DNA of 64,000 bases from Cetorhinus maximus. Its lineage: Eukaryota. The translations under genes and the position numbers were made by a program. The stretch is taken from contig NW_027596304.1 in NCBI RefSeq assembly GCF_964194155.1, forward strand, positions 62,001-126,000. Reading direction: 5' to 3'. Under the pieces are notes generated by a model. That model ran no database searches. It was not told where the DNA came from and saw only the letters and a program-made list of their open reading frames with translations. Below, one piece after another: positions 34,865-46,602 of the stretch (positions are counted from its first letter, which is position 1; each line of letters begins with the position of its first letter).

Positions 34865-35810
34865 AGTTGTATTCATTCAGGGAATGTAGGATTCGCTGGT
34901 TGCAACAGCATTTATTGCCAAATGCCTATTTGTCTCATGAGAAGATGGTGGTGAGCGTCCTTCTTGAACCGCTGTTGTCCAGGTGGTGTAGGGGGAGCCA
35001 CAGTGCTCTTAGGGATAAAGTTCCAGGATTTTGACCCAGCGACATTGAAGGAGCAGACGGGAAATTACAAGGTCAGGATGATGAGTGGCTTGGAAGAGAC
35101 ATTCCAGTTGGTGTTATTCCTAATGTGTCTCCTGCCCTTGTCCTTCTAGATTGTGGAGGCCACGGGTTTGGAAGGTGCTGTGAAATGAGCTTTTCTGAGT
35201 TTCTGCTGTGCATATTTCAGATGTTAAACACGGCTTCGGTGTTGCAGGGTCTGAATATTTTTGGATGGGGTGCCGATCAAGTGGGTCTGTTTTCTCCTGG
35301 ACGGTATGGAGCTTCCTGAGTGTTGTGGGGGCTGCAACGCATCCAGCCAAGTGAGGATCTCCCCACCGCACTCTTTCTTTGTGCCTTATACATCCTGGGC
35401 AGGTTTTAGGGAGTCAGGTCGAGACTTACTCGCTGCAGGATTCCCAGCCCCTGAACTGCCCTTGTCGCCAAAGTATTTATCTGGCTAGTCCAGTTCAGTT
35501 TCTTGTCAATGGGAAACCACATATTATAGGTAGTGGGGGTTTCATTGATGGTAATGCCATTGAACACTTGTGTGGCGTAAATGTAACTTGCGACTTTTCA
35601 GCCCAAGCCTGGATATTGTCCAGGCCTCGTTGCATTACGACATGAGCTGCTTCAGTGTCTGAAGAGTCACGAATGGTGCTGAAAATTGTGCAAGCTTCAG
35701 CAAACATCCCCACTTCTGACAGTATGATGGAAGGTAGATCATTGAGGGAGCAACTGAAGGTGGTTGGGCTGAGGACACTAACATGAGGAACTCTGGCGAT
35801 GATGTCATCT
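34865..35810 (-). mobile_element. LINE (L2/CR1 supergroup) 3' fragment (duplicate copy)
   Basis: GMFAEACTIFSTIRDSSDTEAAHV..Q..LDNIQAWAEK.QVTFTPHKC. Confidence 0.82.
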
Positions 35811-36279
35811 CCACCCTGGAGTCCACGCTGACGGGAATTTTCCTGTCTCTGACCTTCCGCTCAGCACCACACCCACCATCTCCGCCCTGACAGAAATGCT
35901 CCTTTCTGACCCCGAGGGTCTGAAGCGGTTACCCTTTGTTTCGTGTCCACATGGAGGCGTTTGTTTGTTTCACACCCCAGAGGGTTGTAACACCACCTTC
36001 GGCCATGTTGTTCCAAATGGCTCAGTGGTCACTCATGCTACCAGGGCCTAACGTCATTGGTTCCAGCTTATTGCTAATTTTGCCTTCAACTCAAGGCAAT
36101 GGATTGCTTCAAGATTCATTCCCTATTTTTCTTACCTTACGACTATCCCATTCGTTTGGCCCAGAAATATAAGCCCAGGGCAGTGTTTTCCGGGAGTGTA
36201 GGTTCCTTTCTCACATCTTCTGTGGCAACATTTTCTTTAATGTTTAGACTCCCGTCTTCCAAAGCGTGAAGGTAGATGC

Positions 36280-36830
36280 GTCGGAAGCTGTTCAGAGAAT
36301 GTTCAGCAGGATAATACCATGAACGGGCAGGTCGTCTTATGGTGAAGGTTCGGACTGGCGAGGCTTGTAACTGATGGAGTTTAGAAGAGAAAGAGGCGAC
36401 TTGATCTACTTGAGATTCTGAGAACTTCAAGATTCTGAGCGGGCCTTGACAGGGAGGGTGTATGGGGAGATGTTCCCCTTTGTGGGAGAATCTCCAAAGA
36501 TGGGGGGTCACGGTGTTCAAATGAGGGGTCGCCCATTTCAGACAGAGATGAGGAGATATGTTTTCCATCAGGCGGCCGTGAGTGTTTGGAACTCTCTTCC
36601 TCAAAAGGCGGTGGAAGAAGTGTCTTTGAATATTTTTTATAAACGAGCGAGAGAGATTCTCTTTGAACAAGGGGGTGAAACGTTATCAGAAATGGGGCGG
36701 GGGGGTTCCGGTGTTCGGGGCGGGAATGTAGTGTCGAGGTCACAATCAGATGAAGCGTGATCTTATTGAACGGGGGATCAGGCTGGAGGGGGCGAGTTGC
36801 CCACTCCTGCTCCAAATTCGCAAGTTCGTA
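36280..36830 (+). mobile_element. CR1-like LINE 3' fragment
   Basis: EMFPFVGES..GH...RGRPFQTEMRRYVF.Q..VSVWNSLPQKAVE. Confidence 0.82.
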
Positions 36831-37589
36831 TGTAATCCTAGCAGAGGAACATTAATGGTAAAATACAGGATTCTGACTTTTATCGGCTATTTGATGTGTG
36901 ATGACTTCTCCCTCAGGTCCAGGGTAATTCACCGACTACCTTCTAAGAGAGTTGCTCGTCAATGAGGAGTTAGTATGGAGTGAGCTTGCTGAGAAAGGTT
37001 TGCAACTTAGCATGGCTTCTCTCTGCTCATGTTAGTAACAACATGTCCAAGTGTAGCAAGCCCACTAAATCCCATTAAAATTCAACTAAACTCCCTTCCC
37101 CGTGAACCTGCTCTGCTGTCGGATGAGAGAGAGGTGACAGAGCGGGGCTGCCATTTGTCGAGATATCCCGAGGCTCAGGAGAATGTTCTGGGGTCAGGGG
37201 TTCAATTCACATCATGGAATTTCCATTTAATTCATCAACCTGGAATTCTCATATATGTGTTTATGTGATATGAGAGTGGGGAGCGGAGCTGCCAGGAGAA
37301 TGATTGGGGCGAGGGTGCGGCTCAGGGGAGGTATGCGAAAGTAGGGGTGCGGGGAGAGCGGGGAGGGGAGGAGAGTTCGCCGGCCGGGAGTGCGCAGGGC
37401 CGGGGCGAGAGCGGTATTGAATGTGGGAGAGTGGGGCCCGCGGGGAGACTGGGTTCAGTGGAAGAGTAATGCAGGGCCGTGCTTGTTAGTGTGAGAGAGA
37501 GTGAGTGCGAGAGCGAGAGATTTATTGCTCTTCAATTCTTCCTGACAAAGTGGATAATGTTACGTATTAAAATTCCAACCCGCAACTCG

Positions 37590-37915
37590 CCAATGCTCGT
37601 AGACAGCACCTTCCATGTCCACAACCTCTACCATCTAGAACAAAGGCAGCAGATAGATGGGATCACTACCGCCTGGAAAACACCTCCAAGCCACACGCCG
37701 TCCTGAATTGGAAATATATCGGCCGTTCCTTCACTGTCGCTGGGTCAAAATAGTGGAACTTCCTCCCTAACAGCACTGTGGGAGTACCTACACCACAAGC
37801 GCAGCAAAGATTCAAGAAGGCAGCTCACCACCACCTTCTCAATGGGCAATTAGTGATGGGATATGAATGCTGTCCTGGCCAGTAATGCCCATATCCCACA
37901 AAGGAATGAAAATAT
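37590..37915 (+). mobile_element. LINE (L2/CR1 supergroup) 3' end
   Basis: ttcaagaaggcagctcaccaccaccttctcaa.gggcaattag...gcccatatcccaca tail, the reverse complement of 10460-10720. Confidence 0.8.
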
Positions 37916-38839
37916 TTAGCCAGACCATTGCACAACGTTGGCAATTAAATGCTCAGGCCTTGTGCCAATTTCAATCCCCCTACATACTTCCTGATGGGCA
38001 ACTGGAGGCAGGTTATGATGTAAGGGAAAAAAAAAACTGTTTCAAATATCAAGTGAGATGTTTCCTTGTTTTGTAATCGCAGCTTATTTCATTAATAATC
38101 TTTAATTTGCACAAATGTTACCACAATGTAACTCATTGACAAATGATAATGTTTCAGCCAACCAGCACTGCCAATGGTCAGATGTGAAACCCATGTGATG
38201 GGCGGCGTTGGATATATTGTCACGGAGACTGATGCCACTCACAGCAGATTGGACCGGGGAGTGAAGAGGCAGCAAATCAACGGGACCCCCACTGCATCGC
38301 GCACAGTGACATCTTATCTGGAGACGCTGGTAAGCATTCGGCTATGATGTGGCCAGTATAATAAGGTCAGGAATTTGTCATTTGATGGGCATTGTTTCGG
38401 TGGGGCGTGTGCTGCTTGTCCTGTCCGCCTACCGGGCTCAGTAATGGAACGGTGTTCGAATATTAGCACGGGGCCTACACAACGGGGCTGGAGGAGGAGG
38501 CAGAGAATAGAGCAGGAACGTCAGGAATACATCGAGTTTATATTTTTGAGGAGTTGAACAAGGAAAGAGGGAAGGATTGAACTAAAGCTATGGGTGTTTG
38601 TTAAGGAAAGTTAAGGAAGTAGAATTCACCTCTGTCGGTGGGGGTGACAGTGAGGGAGGTAGAGTCAGCTCACTCTGTGTGTTCGGGTCGCAGTGACTGT
38701 ACATTTCACCCATTATAACTCGATATTCTCACTATTCCATTGTCCCAATCTCTAACCACAGTTCCCTCCCTTTCCCTTTTCTATTAACTCTCCACGATGC
38801 TAATTCTGTGTTTTCCTTCCCAGAATATCCCCCGGTGAG

Positions 38840-38873
38840 ATGGCGATTCTGCTGCTGATTCTCGGTTGCCTGA
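38840..38873 (+). CDS. Putative signal-peptide (leader) exon MAILLLILGCL of an unidentified secreted or membrane protein gene
   Basis: Branch-like gCTAAT (~38800), polypyrimidine tract and cccAG acceptor (38822-38823), ATG at 38840 in GAGATGG context, hydrophobic 11 codons + 1 nt, donor A|GTAAGT at 38874. Possible upstream non-coding exon ending CTG|GTAAGC at 38329. Confidence 0.55.
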
Positions 38874-38899
38874 GTAAGTTAATTACAATGTAATCAAAC

Positions 38900-39770
38900 G
38901 CCACCATATTCATTGAAAATAATTATGGAGAGAATCCTCATTTGTAATGTTGTTGAGGGTGGTTTCATTGCTGTGCCTGGGACACAAGAACTGATGCCAT
39001 TGTAAGCAGTGTACACGGAATATAAAATTTAAAAAGAGTGATTGTTCACAGAATGGACAGCAGTGTGTAAAAATAGCCTGGAATGTTGCCTCATATGAGA
39101 ACATACAGACTACAATCAAAAAGGATAAAACAGGGATCTTTTTAATCGGTGACAATTCACAAGGGGTGGATGTCCAAATGGACTTGGGGATCCTTTGTAC
39201 AGATTGTTGCATGTCTTCAACAGGTTCACAAAATAATCCAAAAGCCTAATTGAATGCTGACCTGTATATCTGTCGTAACAGACAAGTTTGTAGACAACAT
39301 GTGTCAGATTCATAAAGCCCTGGTCAGGACACACAGAGAGTATATGTGGGCATGGATGTGCACCACACCAGAGGAAGGATTGAATGACCTCGGAGGGAGT
39401 GCCGTGTAAATTTCCGTGAACGAAACCAACATTCCAAGGGTGAAATTATAAGGAGATTTTAGACAACCTAAGGTTGTTGTCCCTTTTTAGAGGGGGGCGG
39501 GGTGGGGGGGTGGGGAGGGGGCTGGGGTAGTGGGGTGGGGGGGCTGGGGCTGACTTCATCAATCTTTTCAACCTATCCTGCGGGAGGAATCAGGTGTACA
39601 GAATCTATTTCGGAGAGTTTGGATGTGGGGAATGAGGGGGCGTGATCTAAAGATTAGAGTCAGAGTTACTTTAGTCAAATTAGCAAACACTTTTACAAAT
39701 GAAGTTAGTAGAAGTTTGGAATTTTCTTCTGTAAAATGCAACGGATGGTTAACTTCGAAATCTGGAATTG
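38900..39770 (+). mobile_element. Highly degenerate CR1-like LINE fragment
   Basis: ggatgtccaaatggacttggggatcctttgtacaga, ataaagccctggtcaggacacac and gtagaagtttggaa echo the CR1 ORF2 C-terminus. Confidence 0.55.
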
Positions 39771-39829
39771 GTATATGTTTTCCACGCTCTCACAAATTTT
39801 AACATCCACCACATTCAGATTGTCTCCAC

Positions 39830-42800
39830 CCTCTGTCTCACAGACCCACACTCTCTACCCTTCTCTCTCTCTCTCACATAATCTCATTCTCCATCTCTAT
39901 CTCTCTCTCTGACACAGTTGCATTCTCCCCTCTCTCACACATACTTACACTCTCCCCCTCTCTCTCACACAGTCACACTCTCCCCCTCTCTTTCGCTCAC
40001 ACGCAGTCACACTCTCCCCCTCTCTCTCTCACATACACTCTTCCCCTCTCTCTCACACACAGTCACACTCTCGCCCTCTCTTTCTTTCACATACTCACAC
40101 TCTCCCCCTCTCCCTCTCACAGTCACACTCTACCCCTCTCTCCCTTAAATACAGGCTCCCTCTCCATCTCACACTCTCTCCCCCTCTGCCACACAGACTG
40201 TGACTCTCCCACTTCTCTCTCCCTCACTCATACTCTCTTCCTTCTTTCATATGCACATCCCCCCTTGCTCACTCATACTCATTCCCCTCTGTTTCATACT
40301 CACACTCCCCTCTCGCTGTCACTTTCACCCTATCCCCTTCGTCTTTTACACACACTCTCGCTCTCTCGCTCTCTCTCTCTCACAATCACACTGTCCTGTC
40401 TCTCTCACTCACACTCTGCACCACACTCACTCACAGTCACACACTCCCACCTCACTCGCTCTACCACTTTCTCACACTTGCAGACTCCCCCTCTCTCTCA
40501 CTCTCACCTCTCTGTCAGACACACTCACTCTCCCAATATTTTTCTCAAATACTCACACTAACCGCCGCCACTTACAGTCACATATCTTTCTCACACTCAA
40601 ACTCTGACCGCACCCTCAAACAATCTTCTGCTCTCTCTCACACTGACACTTTCACTCTCATTCCCCTCTCCCATGTGAACGCTCTCTCTCTCCATTTTTC
40701 ACTCAAAATCTCCCCCACTCCCCTCAAATTCACAGCCTCCCTTCTCTCTCCCCGAAATTCAGGCTCTTCCACACTTTCTCTCTCTCTCTCTTTCTATGTC
40801 TCTGTGACTCTCACACACACTTGCACACTTTACTGTCTCTACCACAATCACAACCCCTCCTCTTTGTCACACTCAAACTTTCTCTTCTCTCTCCTACACA
40901 CACCCTCACCCCTCTCTATCACAATTAAACTCTCCCCATTTCTCCTGCACACTCTCACCACTTTCACTCAAATTCAGTCTCCCTCTGTCTCATTCACAAT
41001 TTCACTCTCTCTCTCTCTTACTCACAGCTTCCCTCTCTCTCTCTCGCTCACTCACAGTCTTCCTCTCTATGACGCATTCACAGTCTCCCTCTCACTCACA
41101 GTCTGACTCTCGCTCTCACTCACAGTCTTTTTCTCACTCTCTCACTCAGTCTTTCTCTGTCACTCACATCCCCCGCGCCCTCAAATTCGGTCTGCTTCTC
41201 TCTCACACATTCAGTCTACCTCTCTCTATCACATTCACAATTTCCCTCTTCCTTATTCAAAGTCTCCCTCTCTTTCATATTCAGTCTCCATCTCTCTATG
41301 TCACATTTAGTTTTGCTCTCCCTCAATCTGACATTCAGATTCTCCCTCTCTCTGCAAAACATTCACAGTCAGCCCCTCTCTTTCTCACTTACAGTCTCTA
41401 TCTCTCGCATTCACACTCTCCTTCATTCACTCAATTTACCACTTTCTCTCCATCACAGGCGGCTTCTGTCTCATTCAGTCTCCCTCTCTGTCTCTCGCAC
41501 TCAATGTTTCCATCTACCACTCTCACACACTCTCCCTCGCTCTCACTGTTCCCATCTCTCTCTCTCTCATTCAGCCTTCTTCTCCCTCTCTCATTCAGTT
41601 TCACACTGTCTCTCTCACATTCAGTCTCCCTCTCTCTTTCACATTCTCCCTCCTCCTCACTCACATTCACAGTCTTCCTCCTTCTCACTGTACCCATCTC
41701 TTTCTCTCTCACACAGTCTCACCCTCACACTGTCTCCCATCTCTCTCTCACCAACAGTATCCCACCATGACATTCACCGTCTCGCTCTCTCACTCATTTT
41801 CTAACACTCTTTGTTTCTCCCTCTCCCTCTATCTCACATACACAATCTCTCCCTCTCCCTCACATTCACATGCTCCCTCTCTCTCAGTTTCCCCCTCTCT
41901 CTATCTGATTTAAATTCTCCCTCTCTTTCATTCTCCACTCTCTCTCACATCCCCAATCTCCCTAAATATATCTCACTAACGTCCAGTCACCCTCTCTCTC
42001 TCACATTCACTGACTCCATCTGTCTTTCACACAGCCTCTCCCTCTTGCAGTGTCTCCATCTATCTCTTTCACTCAGTCTCTCTCCCTCTCTCACATTCAC
42101 AGTCCCCATCGTTCTCTCATATTACCAGTCTCCCTGTCCCTATCACATTCAGAGTCTCTCTCTCTCCCTCTCACATTCACATTCTCCGTCTTTCTCACTA
42201 ACGTAGACAGTTTTCCTCTTTTTCTCACATTCGCATGCTCCATCTCTCTCATTCACAGTCTCCATCTCTCTTCCTCTCTTACATTCACAGTCTCCCTCTT
42301 CTCTCACATTCATAGTCCCCCTGTTTGTCTCACATTCACGATCTCCCTCCCTCACTCACTCACTCACTCACTCACTCACTCACTCACTCACTCACTCACT
42401 CACTCACTCCCTCACTCACATCTCCCTCTCTCTCACTCGTAGTTTCTCTCTTTCTCTCTTTCTCTCACTGCCGCGCACACAGTCTTCCTCTCTCACTCTG
42501 TCTCCCTCTCTCTCAGACATTTACATTCTCCCCCTATCTCTCACATACAGTCTCCCTCCCTCTCTCACATTCACAGTCTCACTCTATCTCTCTCTCACTC
42601 AGTTTACCTCTCTCGCTTTCACTCTGTCTCCCTCTCTCACATTCATAGACACACCCTGACTCTCACATTCACATCCTCTCTCTCTCTTTCAAACACTCAC
42701 TGTCTCCCCTCTCTCTCACTCACTCGCTGCCTCTATCTCCCTTTCCTCACTCGCAGTCTGCCTCTCTCACACATTCACAGGCCCTGTCTCTCTCTCACAC

Positions 42801-45120
42801 ATTCACAGTCTCTCTCTCTCTCTCTTACTCACACACAGTCTCCCAATATCTCTGATTCACAGTCTCCCTCGTCTCACATTCATGGTCCCCATCTCTCTCA
42901 CATTCAACGTCTCCATCTCTCTCTCTCACTCACATTCTCCCTAGCTCACTCTCCTTCACATTCTCCCTCTCTCTCCCATTGACTGACAGTATTTTCTCTC
43001 TCACAATTTCTCTCTCTCATTCACTCACAGTCTCTCTCTCTCTCACATTCACGTTCACCCTCTCTCCCTCACATTCAGTCTCCCTCTCTCTCTCTCTCTC
43101 GCATTCAGTCTTTCTCCCTCCCTCACATTCATATTCCATATCCCTCTCACTCACTCACTATCTTCCTCCCTCTCTTACTCACAGTCTCACACTCTCTCAC
43201 ACTCAATCTCCCTCTCTCTCACTCTCACAGTCTCCCTCTCTCACTTTCAATCCCATTGCTCTCTCACATTCAGCGTCTCCCTCTCTCTCGCACTCACATT
43301 CTCCCTCTCTCTCGCACTCACAGTCCCCCTCTCTCATGCACTCACAGTCTCTCTCGCTCATATTCAGAGTCTCCCTCTCTCTCTCTCAATCACGTTCTCC
43401 CTCTCTCCCTCGCATTCACAGTCTCCGTCTCTCTCCGACATTCTCCATCTATCTCACTCACGTTCACAGTCTAACTCTCTCTCTCTCTCTCACTCACTCA
43501 ATCACAGCCTCCCTCTCTCTCACATATAACTTCTCCATCTCTCACTCATTCTATCACTCCCACTGAGTCATCCTCTCCCTCTCTCTCACATTCAGAGTCT
43601 CCCTCTGTCCCTCTCGCACTCACATTCTCCCTTTCTCTCACGTTCATATTATCCCTCCCTCTCGCACTGAGTCAGTCTCCTTTCTCTCAAAGTCTCCCTG
43701 CCTCATTCACTCACAGTCTATCTCGGTCATATTCAGAGTCTCCCTCTCTCTCTGACATTCTCCATCTATCTCATTCACATTCACAGTCTATCTCTCTCTG
43801 TATCTCTCACTCAAAGCGTCCTTCCTTCTCACATACAACGTCTCCCTCTCTCAATCATTCTCTCAATCCCACTCAGACATTGTCTCCCTCTCTCTCACAC
43901 ATTCAGACTCTCCCTCTCTCTCACACATTCAGAGTCTCCCTCTTTCCCCGACATGCAGAGTGTCTCTCTCTCTCTCACGTTAACATTCAGTCCCTCATTC
44001 AGTCTCCGTCTCCCTCTCATTCACATGCTCCCTCCCTCTCACGTTACCATTCTCTACCTCTCTCACTCCCTCTCTCTCTATATATCTCACTCACTGTCTC
44101 CCTCTCTCGCATTCACATGCTCCATCACGCTCACTCACAATCTCACTCTTTCTCACTCACACTGAGCCTCTCCTTCTCTCTCACATTCAGTCTCCCTCTC
44201 TCTCTCACATTCACAGAATTTAGGCATCACATTCTCAGACTCCCTCTCTCTCTCACCAGCAGTCTCCCTCTTTCTCTCTCACATTCACAGCCTCCAACTC
44301 TCTCAAATTGACAGTTGTCCTCTCTCTCTCGCATTCGCATTCTCCCTCTCTTTCGCTCAGTCTCCTTCTCTCTCAAATTCACAGTCTCCCTCTATCTCTC
44401 TCAGGTTCATAATCTCCCTCTTACTCACTCACAGTCTCCATCTCTCTCTCACAATCAAAGCCTCCCTCCCTCTCTCACATTCAAATGCCAGCTCTCTCAC
44501 ACAGTCTCTTTCTCTCTCTCTCTCTCTATCTCTCTCTCATATTTTGTCTCCGTTTCTTTCTCGCATTCACAGCCTCCCTCTCTTTCTCACATCAACAGCC
44601 TCCTGCTTTTTGTCACATTCACAGCTTATCTCTCTCTCCCACATTCATATTATTCTTCTCTCTCTCAAATTCACAGGCTCCCTCACTCTCTCACATACAC
44701 ATGCTCCCTCTCTCTTCCTCTGCCTCATTCTCTATTCCTCTCAACTTCTTCAATCTCACTCCCAGTCTCCTTCTCTATCTCTCTCGCATTCGCAGTCTCC
44801 CTCTATTCACCTCACATTCGCAATCACTCTCCCTCTCACAGACTGCGTCTCCCCCACCCTCTTACTCAGTTCCCCCTCTCTCATGCTTCCTCCCTGTCAC
44901 TTAGTTTACCTCTCTCGCTCTCACTCACAGTCTCACTCTCCCTAACATTCTGTCTCCCTCTCTCATTCATTCTGTCACTCTCACTCAGTCGCTCTCTCCC
45001 TCTCTCTCACACATTCAGAATCTTCCTCTCTCTCCCTCTCACATTCATATTCTCCCACTATCTCTTTCACTCACATTCTACCTCTGTCTACCTCACTTAG
45101 TCTCCCTTTCTCTCCCTCAT

Positions 45121-45174
<54 letters not shown>

Positions 45175-46566
45175 CCTCACTCAGTTTTCTTCTCTCTCTC
45201 ACATTCACAGCCGTCAACTACCTCACATTCACATGTTCCCGCCTCTCACATGGAAATTCTCTCCATCTCTCACTCACTCACAGGCTCCCTCTCTGTCTCA
45301 CTCAGTCTCTCTCTCTCTCTCTCTCTCTCACAGTCACCCTCTCTCACACACATTCACATGCCTCCTCTCTCTCACTCACAGTTTCCTTCCCTCTCGCTCA
45401 GTCTCCCTCTCTCTCACATTGAGTTTCCATCTATCGCTCACTCAGTCTCCTTCTCTCTCTAACACATTCATAATTTCCCTCTCCCTCTCTCACATTCACA
45501 GTCTTCCTCTCTCTCACACACAGTCTCCCTCTCTCATTCGCTCAGTCTCCTTCTCCCGCACATTAAGTTTCCATCTCTCGCACACTCAGTCTCCATCTCT
45601 CTCTCCCTTACATTCACAATCTCCCTCTCTCTCTCACATTCACAGCCTTCCTCTCGCTCTCACTTTCACAACCTCCTTCCTTTTCACATTCAAATTCTTC
45701 CTATCTCACTCACAGCCTCCTTCTCTCTCTCTCACATTCAGTCTCCCTTCCTCTCTCTCATTCACAGCCTCTCTCCTTCCCTCACATTCACAGTCTCTCT
45801 CTCTCTCACACACTCACTCACTCTCTCTCTCTCTCCCCCTCTGTCTCCATCCCTCTCACTCACATTCTCCCTCTCTCTCCCACTTTCCGTCCCCATCTCT
45901 CTCGCACATTCGACGACTCCCTCTCTCTTACATTAATACTCACCCTCTCTCTCTCTCGCCGTTTCATTGTCCGTCACTCTCCTACTGACTCACGGTATCC
46001 TCTCTCACATAGTCTCACACTTTCATTCATTCACAGTCTCTCTCTCTCACACATTCACGTTCCCCCCTCTCCCTCAAATTCAGTCTCCCTCTCTCTCTGA
46101 CTTTCTCTTTCCATCAAACTAACATTTAGAGTTTAGCACTCTCTCTCCCTCTCACAGACTCCCTCCATCCCACATTCACCCTTTCCATCTCTCATTAATT
46201 CCCTCACTCTCGATCAGCCTCCTTCTCCCTCTCTCTCATTCACAGTGTCCCTCTCACTCACACAGATTTTGAATCTCATTTACTGTCTCTCTTACATTCA
46301 CAGCCTTCCTCTCTCTATCTCATATTCACTGTCTCACTCCCTCAGTCTCACTCTCACTCTCTCACATTCTCAGCCGCCATCTATCTCACATTCACATGCT
46401 CCTCCCCTTCACGTTGACATTCTCTCCTTCTCTCACTGACTTAGCCTCCATCTCTCTCTCTCACTCAGTCCCCCTCTCTCTCATATTCAAATGCTCCCTC
46501 TCTCTCACTGAGATTAACTCTCTCGCTCGCACTCATAGTCTCCCTCTCCCACTCTCACACATGCAG

Positions 46567-46602
<36 letters not shown>

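Larger units (their letters stand above)
26240..36270. repeat. Diverged tandem segmental duplication, unit ~5 kb (26240-31195 and 31196-36270)
   Basis: Same order of modules in both copies, offset ~4.94-5.07 kb: reverse 33-mer array, CR1 3' end, AT-rich tract, forward 33-mer array, unique segment, 270-bp element, LINE 3' fragment, unique segment. Confidence 0.92.
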
